Shown here in pieces: positions 18,019-28,271 of a stretch of 64,000 nt of DNA. The stretch is from an uncultured Chloroflexia bacterium (GTDB lineage: Bacteria; Chloroflexota; Dehalococcoidia; UBA2979). Position 1 is the first letter of the stretch; each line of letters begins with the position of its first letter. The stretch lies in assembly GCA_963728205.1 (NCBI GenBank), contig CAVSIV010000002.1:384001-448000 (forward strand), read 5' to 3'. The notes below the pieces were generated by a model. The model did not search any database, was not told the DNA's origin, and was given only the letters and a program-made list of their open reading frames with translations. Position numbers and translations under genes: made by a program.

Positions 18019-19566
18019 ATGGATCCCGATGGACGTCCTCGTGTGCTCGTCGTCGGCGATGAAGAGGCCGAGTGTGACGTCCTGATCGCCGCGCTCCACC
18101 AGGCCGGCTATACGACCGACCTCGTCCGCGGCGCCGCCGCCGCCTGCGCCGCCCTCCGCCGCTCTGACTTCGACGCGGTGCTCGCCGACCTCCCGGCGCC
18201 CGACGTCGACGCCTTCGCCATCCTGCGCGCCTCGCGCCGCCGCTCGCCAGCGCCGCGCGTCGTGTTCCTGCTTCCCGCGACGCCACTTGGCGCCGAACCG
18301 CTGCTGCCCAGCCTGCGCGGCGAGGCGTTCGACTGCCTGCGCCACCCGCTCGCTCACGCCGCGATCGCCGACCGCCTGGCGGCCGCCGTCGCGGAGTCGC
18401 GCGCGGAGGAGCGCGCGCTCGCGGTATCGCGCGTGCACGGTGCGCGCGCTCCGATGAACCTGAACGAGAGCCGCGCCGACCGCTGGGGGCAGCTTCTCAC
18501 CACGCTCGCCGATCCCGTGATCGGTCCCGAGGACCTCGTGCACGTCGCGGTGGCCGGCGCGCGCTCCGCCACGGCCGCCGTCGATGCCTGGGTGTATGCA
18601 CCCGGCCCGGCCGCGGGCGACGCGAGCTGTATCGCCCACGCGGGCGGCGCCGGCGACCAGGCGGCGGTGGTCGCCGCGAGCCTCGGCCGCGAGACGCGCA
18701 CCGAGGGACGGCCGCTCTCGATCGTCGTCGGCTCCGCCGAGGACGCCGCCGCCGGCACCTACGAGGCGCTGCCGCTGCCGGGAATCGACGGCATCCGCGC
18801 GCTCGTCCTCTACTTCGCCGCCGGGTCGGCGCTGGCCGCCGAGGACCGCCCGCTGCTCGCCGCGGCCGCGGCTCACCTCGGCCGGCGACTCTCCGGGAGC
18901 GGCGACGGCGCGGTGCTCGGCGACGGCGACCCGACCGTCGACTACATCGTGCAGGCGCTGGCCGGGGCGCTGGCGCTCCACGACGCCGCCACCGAGGAGC
19001 ACTCGCGGCGCGTCGGCGCGTTCGCCAGCGACCTCGCGCTGGCCGCCGGCCTGCCGCCTTCGAGCGCGGAGCTGCGCGACATCGAGCGCGCGGCGCTGCT
19101 GCACGACATCGGCAAGCTCGCCGTCGGCAAGGAGCTGCTGCGCAAGCGCGCGCCGCTCACGGCGTTGGAAGCGCTGGAGCTGCGCGACCACCCGCTGCAC
19201 GGCTACCAGGTGCTGCGCGAGATCCCGGGGCTGCAGGGCGCGGCAGCGATGATTCACGCGGCACACGAGCACTGGGACGGCCGCGGCTACCCGCGCCGCC
19301 TGGCGGGCGAGCAGATCCCGCTGGGCGCGCGCATCGTGCTGGTCGCCGACACCTGGGACACGATGACGGCCGGGCGCCCGTACCGCTCGCCCGTCGGTGC
19401 GGAGGCCGCGGCGCGAGAGATCCGGGGCCTCGCGGGGGCGCAGTTCGACCCGCTGGTCGTGCGCGCGTTCGAGCAGGTGGTCGCGCGCTGGTCGGCGCTG
19501 CTCGGCGCTGAGCCGGGCGCCGTCGAACCGCAGTTTGCAGACGGCTGGCGGCGGACCGCGGCCTAG
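18019..19566 (+). CDS. HD-GYP phosphodiesterase with degenerate receiver and GAF-like domain
   Basis: HS-RV, LLHDIGK, HEHWDGRGYP, RPYR, QFDP; N-terminal REC-like RVLVVGD. Confidence 0.88.
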   Translation: MDPDGRPRVLVVGDEEAECDVLIAALHQAGYTTDLVRGAAAACAALRRSDFDAVLADLPAPDVDAFAILRASRRRSPAPRVVFLLPATPLGAEPLLPSLRGEAFDCLRHPLAHAAIADRLAAAVAESRAEERALAVSRVHGARAPMNLNESRADRWGQLLTTLADPVIGPEDLVHVAVAGARSATAAVDAWVYAPGPAAGDASCIAHAGGAGDQAAVVAASLGRETRTEGRPLSIVVGSAEDAAAGTYEALPLPGIDGIRALVLYFAAGSALAAEDRPLLAAAAAHLGRRLSGSGDGAVLGDGDPTVDYIVQALAGALALHDAATEEHSRRVGAFASDLALAAGLPPSSAELRDIERAALLHDIGKLAVGKELLRKRAPLTALEALELRDHPLHGYQVLREIPGLQGAAAMIHAAHEHWDGRGYPRRLAGEQIPLGARIVLVADTWDTMTAGRPYRSPVGAEAAAREIRGLAGAQFDPLVVRAFEQVVARWSALLGAEPGAVEPQFADGWRRTAA

Positions 19567-19760
19567 CGCGGCGGCGTGGCCGCGTGGCGCTCGACCAGCA
19601 GCATGAGGCCGATCGAGGGGATGAACATCAGCAGGGCGATGATGGCGGGCACGACGAGGCCGCCGATGAGCAGCAGCAGGCCGATCGCGAGGGCGAACGA
19701 CATCCCGAGCACCGACCCGATGCGCGCAACGAGCAAATAGGGGGGAATTCCGTCAGGCAT
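19563..19760 (-). CDS. Small hydrophobic membrane protein (65 aa)
   Basis: MPDGIPPYLLVARIG...LLVERH, two TM segments, GC3-rich codons. Confidence 0.6.
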   Translation of the reverse strand: MPDGIPPYLLVARIGSVLGMSFALAIGLLLLIGGLVVPAIIALLMFIPSIGLMLLVERHAATPPR

Positions 19761-22700
19761 GAGGCTGCGGCAGATCGTAACAGCGGCCCCCGGAAGGGAC
19801 AACGAATCGCTCGCCGTGCTCGACGGGGAGCGTCGTCGGCGCCTGCGGAACGTCTCGCTGATCCGGCGGCTCATGGTGGCGGGCTCGCTCCCGCTCGCCG
19901 TGCTGATGCTGATCGGCGCGACCCCGCTCCCGCGCAGCGGCGGCGCCGTGCTCCTCGCCGCGGCCGTGCTCTCCGAGTCCGAGCTGCTCGTGCTGCGCGC
20001 GATGCGCCGCCCGTCGCTCTTCGAGGCCTGCCTGCTCGTCTCCCGCCTGCTCTCGGCGACCGCGATCGTGGCGGCGTTCACCATCACGCGCTGGCCGGTC
20101 GACCTGATGCCGGCCGCGCTGCTGCTCGTCATCCTCTCCTCGGCCGCCGTGCTGCGCGACTGGGCGACGATTGGGGTCGTCGTCTACACCGCGACGGTGA
20201 TGCTCGTCGCGGCCGACCTGTTGCCGCTGGTGCACCTGCCGGCAGCGATCGGCGACAGCGACATGTCGGCGACCGCAATCGTCTACGCCCTGGTCGTCTT
20301 CCCCGGCGCGGCCTGGTACGTGCGCCACGGGCTGCGGGTCACCCATATCGCGCGCGAGTCGCTCGACGAGGTGCGCGGCCGCCTGGGCGAGACCGAGGCG
20401 GCGTTGCGGTCGTCGCAGCGAGAGCTCGAGGGCTGGAACCAGCAGCTCCAGCGCGAGGTCGCCGCGCAGACGTCTGAGCTGGAGGAGCGCAACCGCTACC
20501 TCTCGATCGTCAGCGCCGTCTCGTTCACGCTCAGCGACTCGATGGATGGCGGCGACTCGCTCGAGCGCGCGATCCGCCTCGTGGCGCGTCTGCTGGAGAT
20601 GCGCGCCGGCCAGGCGTACCAGCTCGGCACTGCCGACCGCCCGGGCGTCTCCCTCTTCGTGCCGGTGCAGGGCGATGACCACGACGCCCCGCGCCTCCCG
20701 GAGTCCGTGCTGCGGCTGGCCGCGGAGCGCGGGAGCTACCTGCGCTCCGACCAGGCCGGCGAGGCGGACCTGCCCGACATCGGCGAGCCGTACGTCGCCG
20801 CCCCGCTGGTGGCGAAGGGGCGCGTGGTCGGGTCGTTCGCGCTGATCGGTCACGGGCGGCGCGCGCTCGGCGAGCAGGAGCATCACCTGCTGCTGCTGCT
20901 GGGGCGCGAGATTGGGATCGTGCTCGAGAACGGTCGCCTGTACCACGAGGCGGTCGAGCGCGCCGACCGCGAGCAGCTGCTCGCCGAGGCCGTGCGACTG
21001 ATGAACGGGCGCAGCTCGCGCGACCGCGCGATGACCCAGGCGCTCGAGCTGATCTCGCGCCACCTCGGCGCCGAGGTCTCCGCGCTCGTCGGGCTGCCCG
21101 AGGGTCCGCGGAAGCCGCAGCTTGTCGCGAGCGTCTCCTCGGGGCACGCGCCCGTCGACGAGGCGATCGACCGCGTGCTGCGTGGCGTGCCGTCGCTGAT
21201 CAGCGACCGCTGGGCCCCGATGGTGCTCGGCGAGGGCGGCGAGGCACCGCTGTCGAGCGAGCTGGCGCAGCGCGGCATCGGCACGCTGGTGCTCGCGCCG
21301 GTGATCGCGGCCCGCAGCACGCAGGGCCTGCTGCCGCAGCGCGGCAAGGAGCCGGCGCCGCTGCGGCCGCCCGTGGCGACCCGCTCGATCGTCGGCGTAC
21401 TGACGATTGCGATGGCAGCCGGCGGAGGCTGGGACGCGGGCCGCACCGCCGTGGTCGAGCGCGTCGCCGGCATCCTCTCGCGGCGCATGGAGACCGACGA
21501 GCTGCTGCAGCTGCAGCAGCGGCGCATCACCGAGCTGTCGAGCCTTGCGGAGATCGCGCGCCTGATGCAGACCGGCGCCGATACCGAGCGCCTCTACAGC
21601 GGCTTCGCGCAGTCGCTGTTCACGCTGCTGAGCTACCAGGACCTGTACATCGCGCGCCTCGACGACGCCGGCGAGCTGCACGAGATTCCGAGCTTCACCG
21701 CCGGCGGTCGCCCGCAACCGCAGCCGGCGTTCGCCCGGGAGGACGCGCGCCACCGCTGGTTCGGGCTGCGCGGCGCGGCGTCGTGGATCGCGCTCGAGGA
21801 GCAAGCGCCGTCGTTCGTCGACCGCGACGACCGCGTGGGGCTCGTGGTGCCGATGCGACCCAAGGGGCAGCTGCTCGGGCTCGTCGTGCTCGGGCTGTCG
21901 ACGCCGGCGCAGCTGGACCAGGTGCGCATCGTGGAGCAGGCGGTCGAGCAGCTCGCGCTCGCGCTGGACGGCGCCGCGCTCTACCGGCAGGCGACCGAGC
22001 GCGCCTCGCACATCCAGGCGCTGAGCAACCTGGCCCGCATCGTGGCGTCGGTGGTGGACCTGCGCGAGGCGTTCGACGCCTTCGCCGAGGAGGTCCGCTG
22101 GCTGATCCCGTTCGAGCGCGCCGTGATGCTGCTGATGGACGCGCAGTCGGAGCTGATTCGAGCCGTACGCCACCTACCCCGAGGAGCCGGCGGGACGCCG
22201 CCAGCAGCGTCCGCTGGCCGGGTCGCTGGCGGAGGTCGCGGTCGAAGCGGGCGTGCCAATCACGCTGAGCCGGTCCGACGAGCGCTACTCCGCGCACGAG
22301 TGGAGCCTGTTCGGGGACGACGCGCAGCACGTCGCAGCGGTGCCGGTGCGGCACGGCACACGCACGGTGGCGGTGTTTGCTCTCGTGCAGAGCGGGGACG
22401 CGGCGTACTCGGCGAGCGACCTCGACGCGCTGGGCGAGGTCGCCGGTCTACTCGGCGTCACGATCGAGCGCCTGCGCCTCTACGAGCAGGCCGAGCACAG
22501 CGCGCGGCACGACGCCCTCACCGGGCTGCCCAACTACCGCTACCTGCAAGAGCGGCTCGGCCGCGTCCGGGCGGGCGTCGGCGCGGCCGGCGAGAGCGCG
22601 GTGTTCCTCGTCGACATGGACAGCCTCAAGCTCTTCAACGACACCCTCGGCCACGAGGCCGGCGACCGCGTCATCCAGATCGTCGCCCGCACGCTCCGCG

Positions 22701-23506
22701 AGTCGGTGGGCGAGTCCAACTTCGTCGCGCGCACCGGCGGCGACGAGTTCGTGGTCGTGATGGAGGGCGTCTCCGCCGAGGAGGCGGAGGCCGCGGCGGG
22801 CCGCATGCACGAGCGGCTGCGCGAGGCGCACTTCGAGTTTGCGAACGCGCCGTGCTCAATCGGCATCTCGGTCGGCGTGGCGATGGCGCCGGGCGACGCC
22901 GACAACACGGCCGACCTCCTGCAGCTGGCAGACCACGCGATGTACACGGCGAAGTTCGGCGGCGGCAACCGCACCGTGTTCGCGACGGAGGGCATCAGCG
23001 GCAACGTGCCGGTATCGCTTCGCGGACGTCAGAGCCGGCTGCTCGAGCTGACGATGCAGGCGTGCACCGACGGCGCGACGGGCGTCGAGCGCTCGGCCCT
23101 CGCGCGCGCGGAGCGGTACGTCGCGGCGCTCGCCGCCCGCTACCAGCTCTCGGATCTGCCCCAGATGGCGCTGCGGCTGCTGGTCGCCGCCGAGGTCGGG
23201 CAGCGCATCACGCTGACGGGCAACGCGATGAACCGGCGTATCGCGGACGTGCTGGTGCGCGGGGCGCGCCTCGAGATCGAGACGATGGCGCCGGACCAGG
23301 CCGCGCTGCTGACGGCGATCCCGACGGCGCTCGTCGACGTGGCATGGCAGCAGCAGGGGACGGGCGGACAGGCGGTCGACGTCGAGACGGCGCTGCGCGT
23401 CGTGCGGGCGCGGTACGCGGGCCGGCTGCCGGAGCGCGTGCTCGACGACATCGACGCGATCGCCCTGGCCGACGCCGGCAGCCATAGCGACCGCCGCGCC
23501 GCCTGA
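19759..23506 (+). CDS. Membrane multi-GAF diguanylate cyclase (GGDEF); +1 frameshift near 22158
   Basis: N-terminal TMs, coiled coil, GAF repeats, HDALTGLPN, D-D-LK-FNDTLGH, ARTGGDEF; removing one T in GATTC at 22155-22159 joins the two ORFs; start may be slightly downstream. Confidence 0.85.
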
Positions 23507-23634
23507 GCGCCGCCGCTCCTTTGTCGACCCTGCTGCGTCCCCGCCCGTCTCGCTGCGCCGGCACCGCAACGCGCCCGCGTCGCGTACGCTCGCGCGCGCC
23601 GCGATCCGCGACGCGGCGGAGAGGAGCGGCCGGC

Positions 23635-24728
23635 ATGACCGCGCAGCGCATCGCGGTGATCCCGGGAGACGGCATCGGCAAGGAAGTGGTGCCCGAGGGC
23701 ATCCGGGTCCTCGAGGCGGCTGCGTCCCGGTTCGAGCATCGACGCTGCAGTTCGACCGTCTTCGACTTCGCGTCGTGGGACTACTACGAGCGGCACGGCA
23801 AGATGCTGCCCGACGACTGGAAGGACCAGATCGGCGGCCACGACGCCATCTTCTTCGGCGCCGTCGGCTGGCCGGCGAAGATCGCCGGACCACGTCTCGC
23901 TGTGGGGCTCGCTGCTGCAGTTCCGCCGCGAGTTCGACCAGTACGTGAACCTGCGGCCCGGCGCGGCTGATGCCCGGCATCGTCGCGCCGGTGGTGCGCC
24001 GCGACGGCTCCGCCCGCGAGCCCGGCGAGATCGACATGTGATCGTGCGCGAGAACACCGAGGGCGAGTACTCGAGCATCGGCGGCCGCATGTTCGCGGGC
24101 ACCGAGCGCGAGATCGTGATGCAGGAGACGGTGATGTCGCGCATCGGCGTCGACCGCGTGCTGAAGTTCGCGTTCGAGCTGGCGCGGTCGCGGCCGAAGA
24201 AGCACCTGACGAGCGCGACGAAGTCGAACGGCATCGCGATCACGATGCCGTACTGGGACGAGCGCGTCGCGGCGATGGCGAAGGCAGTACCCCGAGGTCA
24301 CGGTCGACCAGCTTCCACATCGACATCCTCACGGCGCACTTCGTGCAGCGGCCCGAGTTCTTCGACGTGGTGGTGGCGAGCAACCTCTTCGGCGACATCC
24401 TGAGCGACCTCGGGCCGGCGTGCACGGGCACGATCGGCATCGCGCCGAGCGCCAACCTCAATCCCGACCGCGGCGTTCCCGTCGCTGTTCGAGCCGGTGC
24501 ACGGCTCGGCGCCGGACATCGCCGGGAAGCAGCATCGCCAACCCGATCGGGCAGATCTGGTGCGGGGCGATGATGCTGGAGTTCCTCGGGCATCGCGCGG
24601 CGCACGACGCGATCCTGCGCGCGATCGAGGAGGTGCTCGACCCGGAGAGCGGCGCGCCGCGCACGCCGGACATCGGCGGCACGGCGCGGACGAGCGAGCT
24701 GGGCGCCGCGATCGCGGACGCGCTGTAG
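23635..24728 (+). CDS. Tartrate/D-malate dehydrogenase (decarboxylating), multiply frameshifted
   Basis: IAVIPGDGIGKEV, VRENTEGEYS, TKSNGI, VVASNLFGDILSDL, EPVHGSAPDIAG spread over several frames; about 9 single-base indels. Confidence 0.88.
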
Positions 24729-24779
24729 CCGGTCGCGGCTCGCCGTGCGGATCGAGTCGAGCCGCCGGCCCGCGGTGTC

Positions 24780-26000
24780 TCAGTGCAGGGTGTCGATGAA
24801 CCGCTGAAGTGCGGCGGTGTCCACGCATATCTTGTCCGCGGTGCGATCGCAGTTGAGCGACCACGCCCACGCACCCGCGTAGCCCTTCGCCTCCCAGTCC
24901 ACCCAGCGCTGGTACGCGTCCACGTCGGAGCCGGCGTCGAATTCGCCGATCACGATCGGCGCGCCGCCGATCTCCGGGAACTTCGAGCGGATGCCGACCG
25001 CCGTCGTGCAGCGTGCGCACCAGATCCCGCCGTCCATGTAGTCGTACCAGTGGGGCTGGTACACATCCACGCCTGCGCCCGCCCAGTCGGGGAGGCCGTC
25101 GACCATTGCGGAGCCGACCGTCGCGAGCCGCGTCGAATGTCCGTGGATCGAGGCGTCGATCGCGGTCGTGAGGTCGACGATCGGCTGCTGCGCGTAGCCC
25201 CGGTTCCAGTAGTCCCACTCGGGCTCGTTGAACGCCTCCCATGCGTAGATGCGAGAGTCGTCCGCGTAGCGCGTGAACAGCTGCCCCAGCACGTTTGCGA
25301 GCGCCGTGCGCTGAGCGGCGTCCGTGAACCAGCTCTGCGGGAGCGCGTCGGGCGCGCTGAACAGCACGAAGTCGTAGCGGATGTGGAAGCGGGACGCGAG
25401 CGCGAGCGCCGCGTCGATGTCCGGATACACGCTCGGATCGATCCCGGTGGGGGTGCCGTCCGGCGAGCGGGTGATCTGCTGCGCCGGGCCCTCGAACATC
25501 CACCACCGCACGGTCGTGATCCCGGGCACGGTGGCCAGCCGCGCGGCGATCGCGTCGGACGTATGCGCGACGCCCGTCGAGCACCCGAAGTCGCACGCCC
25601 AGTTGTACCAGGGCATGTTCACGCCCACGTCGAAGGCAGCTGCCGCCGGACCGGCCGTCGACGGCGACGCGCAGCGCAGCAGGAGGATCGTCCCGTCCGG
25701 GATGTCGCCGGGGTACTGGGCCGTGAACGCGGCAGTCACGAAGCTCGGCGCGCCGACGACGTAGCCGATCGCGCTGCCGTTGACGAAGACCCACGCCGAG
25801 GTCGTGGCGCAGCCCTTCGCGTCGGCGGCCGTCACCAGTTGCTCGACCGTGCCGCCGCCCCAGACCACCGGTGCGATGCCGCCCGAGGGCGGGATCGTGC
25901 CCTGGATCTCCCCGGGCGCGGCGTGCGCGGGGTGCGGGGCGAGCAGGATGCCGATCGCGATCACGATGACGACGACGATGGCCGGCGGTGCATGTCGCAC
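24780..26000 (-). CDS. Secreted clan GH-A (GH5-like) glycoside hydrolase with N-terminal accessory domain
   Basis: Signal peptide ending AHA, GVNMPW, VRWW-F, WEAFNEPE acid/base, HWY, PIVIGEF nucleophile, GAWAWS. Confidence 0.8.
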   Translation of the reverse strand: MRHAPPAIVVVIVIAIGILLAPHPAHAAPGEIQGTIPPSGGIAPVVWGGGTVEQLVTAADAKGCATTSAWVFVNGSAIGYVVGAPSFVTAAFTAQYPGDIPDGTILLLRCASPSTAGPAAAAFDVGVNMPWYNWACDFGCSTGVAHTSDAIAARLATVPGITTVRWWMFEGPAQQITRSPDGTPTGIDPSVYPDIDAALALASRFHIRYDFVLFSAPDALPQSWFTDAAQRTALANVLGQLFTRYADDSRIYAWEAFNEPEWDYWNRGYAQQPIVDLTTAIDASIHGHSTRLATVGSAMVDGLPDWAGAGVDVYQPHWYDYMDGGIWCARCTTAVGIRSKFPEIGGAPIVIGEFDAGSDVDAYQRWVDWEAKGYAGAWAWSLNCDRTADKICVDTAALQRFIDTLH

Positions 26001-26306
26001 GGGGTGTCCGTCTCTGGGGGGTCTGCGCTGGCCATGGTACTCCGCGAGAGATGCGTGGCCCGCCGTGAATCGCTTGCGTGGCGCACAGGGCGTCGGCGGA
26101 TCAACAGGAGCGCATGGACATGCTCTTCGCTGCGATCGACGACGAGCGATAGGGCGCCCAGGTCCACGAGGCCCACGGGCGCATGGCCTCGTCGCACTCC
26201 CCATCCCGCGCGGTCCGTCTCGATGCCACGGGACCGGGAAGTGCTGGCGGCTCCTGTTGCACGAGGGACCGGCCAGGTCCCGAGTGGCTTGAGCTTTTCG
26301 GCGGGG

Positions 26307-26330
26307 TCGTAAAGGGACTCGTTAGGGGAC
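26307..26330. repeat. 12-bp tandem direct repeat 3' of tRNA-Pro (possible integrase arm-type site)
   Basis: TCGTAAAGGGAC TCGTTAGGGGAC, 38 bp beyond the tRNA 3' end. Confidence 0.5.
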
Positions 26331-26368
26331 CCGGCCCCCTGTCGAGGTCCTCTCCGAAGCTGTTGGAA

Positions 26369-26445
26369 TGGTCGGGGCGCGCAGATTCGAACTGCGGGCC
26401 TCTGCGTCCCAAACGCAGCGCTCTACCAGGCTGAGCTACGCCCCG
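26369..26445 (-). tRNA. tRNA-Pro(TGG)
   Basis: CGGGGCGTAGCTCAGCCTGGTAGAGC, anticodon arm CTGCG-TTTGGGA-CGCAG, GTTCGAATC, CCA end. Confidence 0.97.
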
Positions 26446-26477
26446 ACGGAACCGACCGACTCGCAGCGGATTCGACG

Positions 26478-26846
26478 CTATGTGGCGCACTGTTCGCACG
26501 TCAACGGCTCGCTGCGCGCGTAGCCGCACCCGGCGCACTCCCACGCCACGAGGCCGCCGGCGAGCGCCCCCGGCCGCGCGTGGTCATGGCGTGACGCGAG
26601 CGCCGCGCGGCACCGCGGGCACTCGCCGCGCGCCAGCGCGGCCTGCTCGCGATCGGCGCGCGCCCAGCGCCCGATCGTGAGGACCACCACCGCGGCCGCC
26701 GCCACGCCGATCGCGGGTGACGCCGCGCCAAGGCCCAGGTGCGACGAAACGCGAGCCCCGGTCTCGAACCAGCCCGCGGCGGCGACCGCCGCCAGCGCGG
26801 TCCACGCGAGCGTCCCCAGCGCCGGCAGGCGCCGCAACCATGCCAT
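26478..26846 (-). CDS. Membrane-anchored hypothetical protein with C-terminal zinc-ribbon
   Basis: Two TMs, then CPRC, CAGC and CEQC. Confidence 0.65.
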   Translation of the reverse strand: MAWLRRLPALGTLAWTALAAVAAAGWFETGARVSSHLGLGAASPAIGVAAAAVVVLTIGRWARADREQAALARGECPRCRAALASRHDHARPGALAGGLVAWECAGCGYARSEPLTCEQCAT

Positions 26847-26852
26847 CGCCGG

Positions 26853-27782
26853 CTAGTCCCGCCGGCGCGCGACGCCGCGGATCTCGTCGAGCGAGCGCAC
26901 GCCCTCGGCCTCGCACCAGGCGCGCAGCTCGCGCAGGCAGCGCCACGGCGCCTCTGGGTCGAGGAAGCTCGCCGTGCCGATCTGGACCGCCGACGCACCG
27001 GCCATGATGAACTCGACCACGTCGGTGCCGTTCATCGCGCCGCCCGAGGCCACGACCGGAATCTCCACCACCGACGACGCGAGGTAGACGTTGCGCATCG
27101 CGATCGGCTTCACGGCCGGCCCCGAGAGCCCGCCGAAGCCCATCGGCAGCACGGGGCGCCGCGCCTTCACGTCGATCGCCATCGCGGGGAGCGTGTTCGC
27201 CACGGTGAGCGCCTGCGCGCCGGCCTCGGCGACGGCCTCGGCGACCGGCCGGATGTCGGACACGCTGGGGGTGAGCTTCACGAGCAGCGGCAGCGCGGTG
27301 TGCCGGGCGACCGTGCGCACGACGTCGGTCGCCATGCGCGGGTCCTGCCCGAACTCGAGGCCGCCGACCTCGACGTTCGGGCAGGAGATGTTGACCTCGA
27401 GCGCCGCCACGCCCGGCACGCCATCGAGGCGCGCGGCCAGCTGACCGTACTCGTCGACGGTGTCGCCCATCATGTTCACGATGCAGGGGACCCGCCACTG
27501 CTCCCAGATCGGCGCGACGTTCGCGATCAGCGCGCCGACGCCGATGTTCTGGAAGCCGATGGAGTTGATCATGCCCGCCGGCGTCTCCACGGTGCGCGGC
27601 GTCGGGTTGCCGCGCCGCGGGCGCAGCGTGGTGCCCTTGGAGACGATCGCGCCGAGCTCGTCGACGTCGAAGTGCTTCGCCATCTCGAGGCCGTTGGAGA
27701 ACGTGCCGGAGGCCGTCATCACGGGATTGGCGAGCCGCAGCTCGACCTTGTGACGCGGCGCCAGGTTCACGCTCAGGTCCAT
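26853..27782 (-). CDS. pyrD: Dihydroorotate dehydrogenase (class 1B catalytic subunit)
   Basis: NPVMTASGT, GNPTPR, EVNISCPN, KLTP, GGLSGPAVKP; ATG 27782 after GGAGG. Confidence 0.96.
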   Translation of the reverse strand: MDLSVNLAPRHKVELRLANPVMTASGTFSNGLEMAKHFDVDELGAIVSKGTTLRPRRGNPTPRTVETPAGMINSIGFQNIGVGALIANVAPIWEQWRVPCIVNMMGDTVDEYGQLAARLDGVPGVAALEVNISCPNVEVGGLEFGQDPRMATDVVRTVARHTALPLLVKLTPSVSDIRPVAEAVAEAGAQALTVANTLPAMAIDVKARRPVLPMGFGGLSGPAVKPIAMRNVYLASSVVEIPVVASGGAMNGTDVVEFIMAGASAVQIGTASFLDPEAPWRCLRELRAWCEAEGVRSLDEIRGVARRRD

Positions 27783-27832
27783 GCGGCCTCCGCGGCGATG
27801 ATACCCCGGGCGTGCGGCAGGGACCCACGAGA

Positions 27833-27862
27833 CATAAAGGCGGCGCCCCGTGGGGCGCCGCC
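27833..27862 (-). terminator. Intrinsic terminator after the CxHHW gene
   Basis: 11-bp GC hairpin GGCGGCGCCCC/GGGGCGCCGCC followed by TTTATG on the minus strand. Confidence 0.7.
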
Positions 27863-27889
27863 GTGTGTGCTGCCGCCGGCCGGACGGAT

Positions 27890-28141
27890 TTACTCTTCGT
27901 CGGCCAGGCGAACGTCTGAGTTCTTCGAGAAGCGCGTGCTGTCCCGCAGGTCGTTGCGGATGGTGTTGGTCTGCTCCCACATCACGCTCTCGGTCGAGTT
28001 GACGAATTCCTTCGCCAGCCCACAGCGCTTGCAGACGCCACGGCTCTCGCGGCCGTTCGGCGATTCGATGAGCCAGTGGTGCACGCAGTTGGCCTGCTGC
28101 TTCCTGGTGGCCGGCCGCTCGGGAGTTGCTGTGCGGTCCAT
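27890..28141 (-). CDS. Small Cys/His-rich putative zinc-binding protein (CxHHW...CxxC)
   Basis: CVHHWLIESPNG-S-GVCKRCG-KEF-NS; AAGGA RBS; own promoter and terminator. Confidence 0.85.
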   Translation of the reverse strand: MDRTATPERPATRKQQANCVHHWLIESPNGRESRGVCKRCGLAKEFVNSTESVMWEQTNTIRNDLRDSTRFSKNSDVRLADEE

Positions 28142-28242
28142 CGCGATGATCTTCCTTCGCTACCCGGGCCGGTCCGCTTGCCGGGCCAACCCGGACCCCG
28201 TCGTCCCCGGTCGGCTCATCCGACCGAGATTTCGACACCGCG

Positions 28243-28271
28243 AGTATCCACAGTAGAATCTCGCGCGTCAA
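28243..28271 (-). promoter_or_regulatory. Sigma70-type promoter of the CxHHW gene with AT-rich upstream element
   Basis: TTGACG-17 nt-GATACT with extended TG; AT-rich tract 28272-28308. Confidence 0.7.

Noticed and set aside
24039-24041. TGA in tartrate dehydrogenase as selenocysteine or readthrough
   Set aside because: The downstream conserved sequence (IVRENTEGEY) is in another frame, so the TGA arises from a one-base deletion
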